Shown here piece by piece: positions 41,763-51,396 of a stretch of DNA of 64,000 bases. This stretch comes from Candidatus Eiseniibacteriota bacterium (lineage in GTDB: Bacteria > Eisenbacteria > RBG-16-71-46 > CAIMUX01 > VGJL01). Each line of letters starts with the position of its first letter. Position 1 is the stretch's first letter. Below the pieces are notes generated by a model that was not told the origin of the DNA, made no database searches, and saw only the letters and a list, made by a program, of their open reading frames with translations. Location of the stretch: contig JBHGAY010000013.1 of the NCBI GenBank assembly GCA_041946735.1, positions 68,140 through 132,139 of the forward strand, written 5' to 3'. A program made the position numbers and the translations under genes.

Positions 41763-44700
41763 ATGAACAAGGCCCGCATGGATCGATTCGCCCGCCTGAA
41801 GGAGCTCTTCCTCTCCCTCGCCGACCTTCCCCTGCAGGAACGCGCTCCCCGGCTGGACGAGCTTGGCCGTTCCGATCCTGACCTCCGGGCCGACCTCGAT
41901 TCACTGATGGCGCAAAGCTCCCTGACCCTGGGCATCGCTCCGGTCCAGGACATCGAGAAGCTGCTGCGATCTCTAGCGACCGATCCACTGGATGATCTGC
42001 CGGAAACGATCGGACCCTACCGGATCGCCGGCATCCTCGGAGCCGGCGGGATGGGCGTGGTCTACCGAGCCATTCAGGTCGAGCCAATCCGCAGAGAGGT
42101 CGCGCTCAAGGTCGTGCATCGGGACCTCGACTCCCGGCGCGTGATGGACCGTTTCGACTCCGAGCGCCAGGCCCTGGAGATGATGGACCACCCGAACATT
42201 GCCAAGGTCCTGGATGCCGGCGGAGACGTGCACGGAAACCCCTACTTCGTGATGGAGCTGGTGCCGGGGGTTCCGATCACGGATTACGTTCAGACGACGG
42301 GGCTCACGATTCGCCAGCGGCTGGAGCTGTTTCGTTCCGTATGCAGAGCCGCGCACCACGCACATACCAAGGGGATCATCCACCGGGACCTGAAGCCGTC
42401 GAACATTCTCGTCAGCACACAGGATGGTGTTCCGGTGCCCAAGGTGATCGACTTCGGCATCGCCAAGGCGATCGAGGTGATGGATCACGGGGCAACCTTG
42501 ACGCGAGAAGGCCACCTGCTCGGGACACTTGCGTACATGAGTCCTGAACAGGCTGGGGCTGGCAGAGTAGACACTCGAAGCGACATCTACTCGCTGGGCG
42601 TGATCCTCTACGAGCTCTTGACCGGCACGCTCCCCCACGACATTCGAGGCCTGCCCTTGATCGAATCGGTGCGCGTCATCGAGAGCGAGCGCCCGCTGCC
42701 TCTACGCGGGTCCGGCGAACGCCGGCGGCGATTCGATCCCGACCTCGAGACGATCATCGGCAAGACGCTCGAGAAGGCGCCGGACCGGCGCTACGGAAGC
42801 GCGGCCGAGCTGGCGGAGGACATCGATCGCTTTCTTCACGCGCAGCCGATCCTCGCCCGGCCGCCGAGCACGCTCTACCAGATCCAGAAGCTGGCGGCGC
42901 GTCACAAGGCCGGAGTGGCGGTTGCCGCATCGGCGCTCGTTCTGCTCGCCACCTTTGCACTCTTGATGTCGATCGAAGCGGGCGCGCAGCGCCGGGAACG
43001 CGCCAGGGCCGAGGCCGAGGCGCGCAAGGCGACTCGCGTGAACGAGTTCCTGCAGCAGATCCTGGCGTCGGCAAACCCGGCGGTGAAGAACGTGGACGTT
43101 CGAGTCCGTGACGTTCTGGACGACGCGGTCCGCGAGGCCGATTTCAACCCTCTGGAGGATCCCGACCTCGAGTCCGCGGTGCGCCGCACCATCGGAAACA
43201 CCTACGTGGCACTTGGACTGTATGCCGATGCCGATGTCCAGCTACGCCGAGCCCTCGAGCTCCGCCGGGGGATCGAGCCTGCGGCCCCGGGCCTCGTGGC
43301 GCAGAGTCTCTACGATCTGGCGGAGTGCCGACTGAGCGGCGACCGCGACGCCTCGAATCTGGCCACAGCCGACACGTTGAGTGAACAGGCCCTCGCGATC
43401 CGGACAGATCTCTGGGGCCCGGAGCACCCGGAAGTGACCATCAGTCTTTTTCAGCGCGCTCGCATCCGCCGCACCCAGGGAAGGATTCCCGAGGCCGAGT
43501 CACTGCACACCCGCGTTCTGGCGGCTCGGGAGCAGCTGCTGGGCAAGAGCCACCCCGACGTGGCCCAAAGCTTGACCGCACTGGCTTGGCTGTCACCCGA
43601 TCGCGAGAAGGGGGAGGCGTACGTCCGCCGAGCCCTGGAGATCATGCGGTCCACATACCCCGGCGACCATCCGGACGTGGCCTTCGCGCTGACCGATGTG
43701 GCCAACTTCGTCGGCTCCCGAATGAGCAAGCAGGCCGAGGCTGAATCGCTCCAGACTCTAGCCCTCGAGATGGAACGCCGGCTTTGGGGGGATCGACACC
43801 CGAGAACGGCCGAAGCGATGAGCCTGCTGGCCGTCATGTACTCGGAAAGCTCTCGCTTCGCGGAAGCAGAGCCTCTCATGCGTCGCGCGCTGGAGATCCA
43901 GACGGAATTCCATGGCGAGAACAGCGTCCCTGCTGCCTGGGCCCACTATGGCCTCGGAAAGCTCCTCGGGCAGCAAGGGCAGTTCCGGAATGCGGAAGCG
44001 AGCTGCAACAGGGCGGTGTCGATCTTCCGGGAGAAGTTGCCCGGAAGCAGCAGCCTGGCCCACTCGCTGAACGCCCTGGCCATCGTCGCGGGGCCGCTGG
44101 GGAAGGACGAAGAGGCCATCCATGCCTACCGGGAAGCCGGTCAGATCATGGAGAGCGTCTGGGGCCCGAATCACCCTCTGGTGGGGTTGACTCAGAACAA
44201 CCTCGGCACCTTTCTCGTCGATCGTAGTCGATACGCGGAGGCGGAGCCGTGCTTCCGGAAGGCTCTCGCGCTGTTCCAGGCCGCCTACGGCGAGCGAAAC
44301 CACCGGACCGCGATCACCTGCACCAATCTGGGCGATGCCCTCCAAGGGATGGGCAAGCTGAACGAGGCGGAGGCGATGTACAGGAAGGCCGTCGCTGTGC
44401 ACGAGCAGGTGGACGTCGGGGACTCCTGGAGCGTCGGCCGCCTGATCACATCATCGAGACTCGGGAAGTGCCTGCACTACCAGGGGCGTCTCGACGAGGC
44501 CGAGGACGTCCTCCGGGAGACGGTGAGGAGATTCCGTGCGATCGCCCCCGAACATCCGCAAGCCATATCCGCTCAGGTCGGCTTCGGCTCGCTTCTGGTC
44601 GATCTCGGGAAATACCCCGAGGCCGACCGGACGCTGTGCGGATCGCTCGAGTTTCTGGAGCGAGAGGCTGACACCCTTGCCGGACAGCTCTCGTTTTGTC

Positions 44701-44897
44701 GCAATGCTCTGGCCGCCTGCCGCGCGGCCCAGGGAAGGACCGCGGAGGCGGACAGTCTGTTTCGCCTCAGCACGCCGCAGGCGTGGACTGCATCCAAGCT
44801 CAGCGCCGAGGCCCGTCGTATGGCGCGGGCGCGAGCCCTGCGCTTCTACCAGACGCAGGGCCGGCCCGACATGGTGGCACGCATCCGTTCGTCCTGA
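41763..44897 (+). CDS. Membrane Ser/Thr protein kinase with TPR repeats (paralog 2)
   Basis: Same motifs as 34360..37500 and colinear with it end to end. Confidence 0.95.
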   Translation: MNKARMDRFARLKELFLSLADLPLQERAPRLDELGRSDPDLRADLDSLMAQSSLTLGIAPVQDIEKLLRSLATDPLDDLPETIGPYRIAGILGAGGMGVVYRAIQVEPIRREVALKVVHRDLDSRRVMDRFDSERQALEMMDHPNIAKVLDAGGDVHGNPYFVMELVPGVPITDYVQTTGLTIRQRLELFRSVCRAAHHAHTKGIIHRDLKPSNILVSTQDGVPVPKVIDFGIAKAIEVMDHGATLTREGHLLGTLAYMSPEQAGAGRVDTRSDIYSLGVILYELLTGTLPHDIRGLPLIESVRVIESERPLPLRGSGERRRRFDPDLETIIGKTLEKAPDRRYGSAAELAEDIDRFLHAQPILARPPSTLYQIQKLAARHKAGVAVAASALVLLATFALLMSIEAGAQRRERARAEAEARKATRVNEFLQQILASANPAVKNVDVRVRDVLDDAVREADFNPLEDPDLESAVRRTIGNTYVALGLYADADVQLRRALELRRGIEPAAPGLVAQSLYDLAECRLSGDRDASNLATADTLSEQALAIRTDLWGPEHPEVTISLFQRARIRRTQGRIPEAESLHTRVLAAREQLLGKSHPDVAQSLTALAWLSPDREKGEAYVRRALEIMRSTYPGDHPDVAFALTDVANFVGSRMSKQAEAESLQTLALEMERRLWGDRHPRTAEAMSLLAVMYSESSRFAEAEPLMRRALEIQTEFHGENSVPAAWAHYGLGKLLGQQGQFRNAEASCNRAVSIFREKLPGSSSLAHSLNALAIVAGPLGKDEEAIHAYREAGQIMESVWGPNHPLVGLTQNNLGTFLVDRSRYAEAEPCFRKALALFQAAYGERNHRTAITCTNLGDALQGMGKLNEAEAMYRKAVAVHEQVDVGDSWSVGRLITSSRLGKCLHYQGRLDEAEDVLRETVRRFRAIAPEHPQAISAQVGFGSLLVDLGKYPEADRTLCGSLEFLEREADTLAGQLSFCRNALAACRAAQGRTAEADSLFRLSTPQAWTASKLSAEARRMARARALRFYQTQGRPDMVARIRSS

Positions 44898-45280
44898 GCT
44901 GCGGTCTCCGACGGAGCGGTACGGGATAAACGAGGCGGCCAGCGCAACGTCCACACGATGCAGCGGGCCATGTGCGCGCTCCGCTCGATCAGAAGCGCGA
45001 AGGTAGCCCGATCTCCGCTGTCCGTTCGACCAGCCCCGCGATCTCGTCCACAGACTCAACCTCTCTTCCGTTCCAAGGCTTCCAATGGGTAGGACGCATC
45101 CCGCCCGGACTCGTGACAATGGATCCGGACGCCGACTCCTCGGCAGCCCACTATCCCGGCGGGCCGCCGGTCCGCGGCACCGATGGAGCGTGATGCATTG
45201 AGCCGCGACGCCGGACAGAGTATTCTTTTTTGCGTACCGCGAACGCTAACTCTCGACAGCCGCTGGAGAGGAGGCCAACC

Positions 45281-47035
45281 ATGCGCCGCTCGTCGTCGCT
45301 CGCTCTGCTCGCCTGCCTGTTCGTCCTTCCTGTCGCATCGCCCGGCGTCGCCTCGGGGACCATCCTTAACGTTCCCGAGTCATACCCGACCATCTCGCAA
45401 GCGATCGACTTCGCCGCGGAGGGCGACACGGTCCTCGTCGCTCCCGGCACCTACTATGAGAACCTCCAATTCCGGGGAGTCGACATCGTCCTACTCTCCT
45501 CCGGTGGAATGGAGGTGACGACGATCGATGGCGGGACGAACGGTCCGACGATCGTGATCGACCAGGGAGAAGGGCGGGGGCTCGTGGTGGAAGGGTTCAC
45601 GATCACCGGAGGTCAATATGTCCTCCAGATCGACCAGCGCGGGATCGTGATCCGCGATTCCTCCCCGACGATCCGTCACAACTGGATTCGCGACAATTGC
45701 ACCGGGGACATCACCCAAGCGCTCGGGGCCGGGATCTACGCGGGCGGCGCATCCTCCCCTTGCATCGAGAACAACCTCATCGAGTCGAACATCGCCTACC
45801 AGACCTTGCTCATCCCGGCGGGAGGCGGCATCTACCTGGAGTCGTACCTGCCGCTCCCCTTCCCCGCGCGGATCGTCGGCAATGTGATCCGCGACAACCG
45901 TGTCACCGGCAGCTTCGAAGTGAGCGGAGGTGGAGTCTACGTCGAGGTGGCCGTCCCGACCGACTGCGTCTTCGAAGGGAACGAGGTCACCGGCAACCGG
46001 GCAGCCGCCGAATCGGCGGGGTCCGCCTCCGGAGGCGGCATCTACGCGAACTGCGACCTGCGCAACTGCGTCGTGAGCGGCAACGTCGCAACGGGCGGGA
46101 AGGCCTATGGCGGCGGAGTGTTGAGCCTCTCGCCGGGGATGTGCGAGGGGCTCGTCGTCGAGGCGAACGAGGTCCACGCGAACAATCTCTCCTACCCGAC
46201 CGCGACGGGGGGGGGGATCAAGTCGAACTCGCAGGTGATCGGATGCGTGATCGCCGGCAACCGTGCCGCGGTGCAGGACCTGCCGGGCGGGCTGCGGAGT
46301 TGGTCGATGTCGAAGGGGGGAGGCGTCCTCTTCACCGGGACGCGGCTCGAGGGATGCACGATCGCCGGCAATGTAAGCGGGGGTGGGACGGATCAGAACT
46401 GGGGCGCGGGTCTTTGCATCGAGGCTGCCGGCGCCATGGTCTCCCGCTGCATTCTGTCCGGCAATCGATTCGAGACACCCGGACAGGGGAGCGGCGTCGC
46501 CGGTTCCCCGGCTTCGTTCGCCTGCAACGATGTCTGGGACAACGACGGCGACGACTTCTACGGCTTCCCCGACCCGTGCGGTCAGGACGGCAACTTCTCG
46601 GCCGATCCGATCTTCTGTCCAGTCGAGCCCCCCGATTACACGCTGCGCGACGACTCTCCCTGCGCGCCCGGCAACCATCCCGGCGGGTGGGACTGCGAGA
46701 CGATCGGCGCACGGGGTGTCGCCTGCGTGGCGGCCGGGGCCGCCGATGCCGGCGTCGCAGGACGGTTCGATCTGCGGCTCCTCCCGATCCCGGCGAGAGA
46801 GACGGTCGAGATGGAACTGACGCTGCCCCGCGCCGCTGATCTCCGCGTCGAGGTCTTCACGGTGGACGGTGCGCGCGTCGCGACCGTTCTCGATGGCCCT
46901 CGCGAACCGGGCGTCGTGCACGCCTCGTGGGACGGTCTGCTGTCGGGTGGCCGGCGGGCAGCCCCCGGTGTCTATTGGGTGCGCGCGGACGCAGGCGGCG
47001 AGGTCCGGACCGGCAAAGTCGTGCTCGCCCGGTAG
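45281..47035 (+). CDS. Secreted right-handed parallel beta-helix protein with FlgD-like C-terminal domain
   Basis: Signal peptide, VP..YPTI..AI...GDTVLVAPGTYYE, GGGI/N-ladder repeats, DPIFC...DSPC, WDG...PGVY. Confidence 0.88.
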   Translation: MRRSSSLALLACLFVLPVASPGVASGTILNVPESYPTISQAIDFAAEGDTVLVAPGTYYENLQFRGVDIVLLSSGGMEVTTIDGGTNGPTIVIDQGEGRGLVVEGFTITGGQYVLQIDQRGIVIRDSSPTIRHNWIRDNCTGDITQALGAGIYAGGASSPCIENNLIESNIAYQTLLIPAGGGIYLESYLPLPFPARIVGNVIRDNRVTGSFEVSGGGVYVEVAVPTDCVFEGNEVTGNRAAAESAGSASGGGIYANCDLRNCVVSGNVATGGKAYGGGVLSLSPGMCEGLVVEANEVHANNLSYPTATGGGIKSNSQVIGCVIAGNRAAVQDLPGGLRSWSMSKGGGVLFTGTRLEGCTIAGNVSGGGTDQNWGAGLCIEAAGAMVSRCILSGNRFETPGQGSGVAGSPASFACNDVWDNDGDDFYGFPDPCGQDGNFSADPIFCPVEPPDYTLRDDSPCAPGNHPGGWDCETIGARGVACVAAGAADAGVAGRFDLRLLPIPARETVEMELTLPRAADLRVEVFTVDGARVATVLDGPREPGVVHASWDGLLSGGRRAAPGVYWVRADAGGEVRTGKVVLAR

Positions 47036-47209
47036 GTTCTTCACCTCCGGATTTCAGCCTTCCTTCAAGCGACGGGAGGGCGGCGGAGGAGGCTTGGGTC
47101 CTCCGCCGCTCTCCCGTTCCTCTTTGCGGTCTCGGGTCGGCCATGGTGTCGCCGATCGTTGTCAGGACTGTCGCCGGAATGTTCCGGTCAGCGGCACCGC
47201 GGTGGCGCA

Positions 47210-48105
47210 TGCTGGGCTGCAAACACTACTGCACGCGCGTGACCTGGTGCATGCAGCGCTGCAAACACTACTGCACACGCGTGACCTGGTGCTTGCAGGG
47301 CTGCGGGACGCCCGGCTCGCGCGTGACTTCTGCCTTGCAGCGGCGATGGAGGCATGGTCCCGGACGATTCCGGAGGCTGTCGGCACCGTCCGACGTGTTG
47401 TTCCGGCGCATCCGGGGTCCTGCAGCGCCGTCGGACCGTGTGTTCCCGCGTGACCGCCGGTCTGCAGCGCTGCATGCGACCGGTTCCGTGCCGTCCACGA
47501 GACATTCTGCGCCTCCGTCACAAAGTTCCCGGGTCGGACTCGTGCCAACTTCTCCTGCACGCGCCAGGAAAAATCGGGAACATAGTGCTTGCAGTGCTGC
47601 ATGTACCAGGTCACGCGCGTGCCATAGTGTTTGCAGCGCTGCATGTACCAGGTCACGCGCGTGCCATAGTGTTTGCAGCGCTGCATGGGGCAGGTCCACC
47701 GGGGGCAGGAGTGCGCGCGGCGCTGCATGCGGCAGGTCCACCGGGGGCAGGGGTGCGCGCAGCGCTGCACGCGGCAGGTCCACCGGAGGCAGGAGTGCGC
47801 GCGGCGCTGCATGGACAAGGTAAAACGGGGAACCTGCGGCCGCCGGCGCTGCATGCGGCGGGTCCACCGGGGGCAGGAGTGCGCGCGGCGCTGCACGCGG
47901 CAGGTCACGCGGGAGACATAGTGCGGGCGGCGCTGCATGCGACGGGTCTACCGGGGGCAGGGGTGCGCGCAGCACTGCACACGGCAGGTCACACGGGAGA
48001 CATAGTGCGGGCGGCGCTACACGGACAAGGTAAAACGGGGAACCTGCGGCGGCCGGCACTGCATGGCGCTGGTTACGGCGTGAACTCCGTCCCGCGGCGC
48101 TGCAT
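47210..48105. repeat. 42-bp-period array with palindromic TGCAGCGCTGCA core and inverted arms
   Basis: Cores at 47210, 47252, 47294, 47336, 47421, 47463 and every 42 bp from 47590 to 48052, plus one near 48093. Confidence 0.9.
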
Positions 48106-48268
48106 GGCCCAACTCACGGCTCGATCGACCCTTCCATGGTCTCCGTGTAGTCACCCTGGGACACACCCTCGGAGTCGATCGTGAGATTCCCCTCGGCCAC
48201 GAAGACGAAGCTCCCGGTTTTGCGCGGCCGTCAGCGCGGCCGTCAGCGCCCGATACGCGCCTGCCTCG

Positions 48269-48550
48269 ATGGAAGGAAGTGCTCTTTCCGGCGGGAGTCT
48301 GCTGGCGGGCGTAGGTGAGAACGACATTGTTGGAATCGAGGCACCACTCTGGAGTGAGACGGTCGCTTGCATGGCAGATGCCGAGTACCTTGCGTTTCCG
48401 CGCCTCATCGCGGTGGCGGAACTGGCATGGACCCGAGAGACGGGGGAGCAAGGCTGGAACGGATTCCGTCGGAGGATCGGGGCGCATGGCACTCGGCTAA
48501 CGGCACTTGGAATCAACTACTACCACACTCCTGAAGTCGAATGGGAGTGA
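48269..48550 (+). pseudogene. C-terminal remnant of a GH20 beta-N-acetylhexosaminidase
   Basis: IVGIEAPLWSET...EYLAFPRLIAVAELAW...LGINYY is the GH20 barrel end. No upstream catalytic part is present. Confidence 0.8.
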
Positions 48551-48688
48551 GTCCGCGCGGTCATCAGCTGGACGGGTCGGCTCCCGCGCAAGTAGCCTGC
48601 GATCCCGTCCGAAGGGATCTCCGGATTCGCTGCTCGGTACTGCGGGCACGACCGACTTGCAGCCTCGCCGAGGATTTGGACTGAGCTC

Positions 48689-49663
48689 TCACTGCGCGCC
48701 CGCCTCCCCGTTCGCGAGCCGGATCTTCATCGAGACGTCGAGCCCCTCCGGCATCGAGAAGGACCGCCCGCCCCGCCGTCCGCCGGGGAACATGTCGCCA
48801 TCCCGTCCCCCGCCGGGGAATCCCCCTTCGCTCTGCGCAAGGACAGGCGCCGCTTCACGTCCTTCAGTCATGGCGGAGAAGCCCCCCGGAGCGCCACCAG
48901 GGCCACCAGGACCACCGCGCCCGCCTCCCTCCGGCCGCTCGCGGAAGCCTCCTTCGGGCTTGCGCACCTGCAGCGACACGTCCACGACGCGCTCCGCCGT
49001 CTCCGCGGCGATCCCGATCGCCTGCGGATGCTCCGCGTCGCGCCGCAGCGGCACCTTCATCTCGACCAGGTAGTAGGCGTCTTCGTAGCCAGCCTTCGCC
49101 TCGATACCGCGCCGCGCCGCTTCATCCCAGGAAAGGATCAGGCTGTCCTCCCCCGCCTGCGAAAAGACCTGCAGCTCCTTCGGCATGTCCCGGATGGCGG
49201 CGAGGATTCGGTCCTCATCGAGACCGCGGCCGCCGCGGCCCCCTTCCTCCGGCGGCTCTTCGGCAGGCCGCTGCGCGCCGCGCGGGCCGTTGCGCCCTCC
49301 CATCCCCAGCGCGCGCGGGCACCCGATCCACAGCCCCGCATCCTTTTGCTGCTTCCCCTCCTTTTCGGGACGGAAGCGGACGCGCAGCCCCTGCCGCAGC
49401 TCCTGCGCGATCAACGCCTTCTCGGAGCTGCCGAGCAGCAGGTAGAGCGAGCTGTCGTCGTTGCCGACGCCGACGAAGACCTTCTCGTCCTCGAACTTGT
49501 AGACGGAGAGCCCCTTCCAGTCGGCCCTGGAGCCGTCGACGACGATCGCGCGGTCGAGCCAGAGGCTCGAGACGGTGGGACTCCCGCAGCCACCCGCGAG
49601 GGTCAGGGCCGCGAGCGCCGGCGGAGCCAGGACGTGCAGTAGCCGTCTTGCTCGGATTGTCAT
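48689..49663 (-). CDS. Hypothetical lipoprotein with Gly-rich segments
   Basis: Lipobox LAGGC, IVVDG...DW, ND...LY, VEMKVPL. Confidence 0.75.
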   Translation of the reverse strand: MTIRARRLLHVLAPPALAALTLAGGCGSPTVSSLWLDRAIVVDGSRADWKGLSVYKFEDEKVFVGVGNDDSSLYLLLGSSEKALIAQELRQGLRVRFRPEKEGKQQKDAGLWIGCPRALGMGGRNGPRGAQRPAEEPPEEGGRGGRGLDEDRILAAIRDMPKELQVFSQAGEDSLILSWDEAARRGIEAKAGYEDAYYLVEMKVPLRRDAEHPQAIGIAAETAERVVDVSLQVRKPEGGFRERPEGGGRGGPGGPGGAPGGFSAMTEGREAAPVLAQSEGGFPGGGRDGDMFPGGRRGGRSFSMPEGLDVSMKIRLANGEAGAQ

Positions 49664-49753
49664 CGAGTCTTCCTCTCCTCCGGCGGCGGCCCCCCGAGGA
49701 GTGGATCGGCGGGCAGCGGCCCGGAGCCCGCGCTCCGCGGGACTCGCGGCCGC

Positions 49754-50758
49754 TCAGCGCCGCACAGGCGGTTGGCGGTGTCCGAGAATCGGGTGCGGAA
49801 CGTACGGCTCCTCGAGCCGCGCGATCTCCTCGGGCGACAGCGCGATCTCGACCGCCGCCGCCAGATCGTCCAGATGCTCGAGCCGCGTGACGCCGATGAT
49901 CGGGGCGGTCACGCCGGGCACCGACAAGAGCCAGGCGAGCGCGACCTGCGCCGGCTTCGCCCCCCGCTCCTTCGACACCTCGAGCAGCGCGTCGAGCACC
50001 CTGTAGTCCGGCTCGCGGAAGTACATCTCGTCGGCGAACGGATCGGACTGCGAGCGGACCGTCTCGCGCGGGTGCTCGCGCGTGCGCGAGCCGGTCAGGA
50101 AGCCGCGGGCGAGCGGGCTCCAGGGGATGACGCCCACGCCCTCGTCGATGCAGAGCGGAATCATTTCCCGCTCCTCCTCGCGGTAGGCGAGGTTGAAGTG
50201 ATCCTGCATCGAGACGAAGCGGGCGAAGCCGCGCCGGTCGGAGGTGTGGAGCGCCTTCGCGAACTGCCACGCCGCCATGCTGCTCGCGCCGATGTAGCGG
50301 ACCTTCCCGGCGCGCACGAGGGAGTCGAGCGCGTCGAGCGTCTCCTCGATCGGCGTCCCGAAGTCCCAGCGGTGGATCTGGTAGAGGTCGATCCAGTCGA
50401 CGCCGAGGCGAGAGAGCGAGGCGTCGCACGCGGCGAGGATGTGCTTGCGCGAGAGGCCGCTGCGGTTCTTCGCCTTTCCCATCGGGTGGAAGACCTTCGT
50501 CGCGAGGACGTAGTCGTCGCGCGGCAGCATCGCGCGCAGATGTTTGCCGGTGATCTCCTCGCTGCGCCCGATCGAGTAGACGTCGGCGGTGTCGAAGAAG
50601 TTGATCCCCAGCTCGATCGCGCGGGCGAAGTGGTCGCGCGCGGTCTCCTCGTCGAGCGTCCAGGCCCGCCATGCGGGATCCCCGTAGCTCATGCAGCCGA
50701 GAGCGAGGCGCGAGACGGTGAGGCCGGTGTTGCCGAGGCGCGTGTACTGCATCGTCAT
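49754..50758 (-). CDS. Aldo/keto reductase
   Basis: LGCMSYG, FDTADVY, DLYQIHR, WSPLARG. Confidence 0.95.
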   Translation of the reverse strand: MTMQYTRLGNTGLTVSRLALGCMSYGDPAWRAWTLDEETARDHFARAIELGINFFDTADVYSIGRSEEITGKHLRAMLPRDDYVLATKVFHPMGKAKNRSGLSRKHILAACDASLSRLGVDWIDLYQIHRWDFGTPIEETLDALDSLVRAGKVRYIGASSMAAWQFAKALHTSDRRGFARFVSMQDHFNLAYREEEREMIPLCIDEGVGVIPWSPLARGFLTGSRTREHPRETVRSQSDPFADEMYFREPDYRVLDALLEVSKERGAKPAQVALAWLLSVPGVTAPIIGVTRLEHLDDLAAAVEIALSPEEIARLEEPYVPHPILGHRQPPVRR

Positions 50759-50789
50759 CGAGGCGGGAAGCGGTCGGCCGAGGCGAGCC

Positions 50790-51314
50790 CTAGAGGCTCG
50801 CCGCCTTCCCCGTCTCCTTGATGTACGCGCGGAGCTTGCGGAGGACCATCGACCGGTGGAGCGGGTTCAGGTAGTCGATGAAGAGCTTGCCGTCCAGGTG
50901 GTCGATCTCGTGCTGGAGCACGCGGGCGAGCATCTGGTTGTAGCGCTCCTCCCGCGGCTTCCCCTTGCCGTCGACGAAGCGGACGAGGACCTCCTCCGGG
51001 CGCGTGATCTCGGCGGTCGCGCCGGGTACCGAGAGGCATCCCTCGTCGAAGATCCATTCCCCCTTCGCCTCGACGATCTCCGGGTTGATGTAGATCTTCG
51101 ACGCGCCCTTCGGGTGGCGGGACCCGGCGTCAGCGACGAGCATCCGGATCGGGCGGCCGACCTGCACGGCGGCGAGACCGACGCCGTCGGCGTCCTTCAT
51201 CGTCTCGAGAAGGTCGAGCGCGAAGGCGAGAATCGAGTCGTCGATTCTCTCGACCGGCTTGCTCGTCTTTCGAAGGATCGGGTCGCCGTAGACCCGGATC
51301 GGCAAAACGGACAT
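50790..51314 (-). CDS. def: Peptide deformylase
   Basis: GVGLAAVQ, EGCLS, QHEIDHLDG. Confidence 0.96.
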   Translation of the reverse strand: MSVLPIRVYGDPILRKTSKPVERIDDSILAFALDLLETMKDADGVGLAAVQVGRPIRMLVADAGSRHPKGASKIYINPEIVEAKGEWIFDEGCLSVPGATAEITRPEEVLVRFVDGKGKPREERYNQMLARVLQHEIDHLDGKLFIDYLNPLHRSMVLRKLRAYIKETGKAASL

Positions 51315-51396
51315 GGGCTCCTTCCTCGCTTCGGCCATCCGGCCGGCGCCGCGGACCGCCCGCAGCGCCTCGTTGCTCTTATCCTACCCCTTACCC

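Noticed and set aside
45281..47035. Third beta-helix protein as another selenoprotein
   Set aside because: The ORF is uninterrupted and the equivalent loop (TGGQYVLQIDQRG) has neither TGA nor CxxC.
47210..48105. CRISPR array
   Set aside because: The conserved core is only about 12 bp, spacers recur and resemble each other, the arms are inverted, and there are no cas genes in the window.
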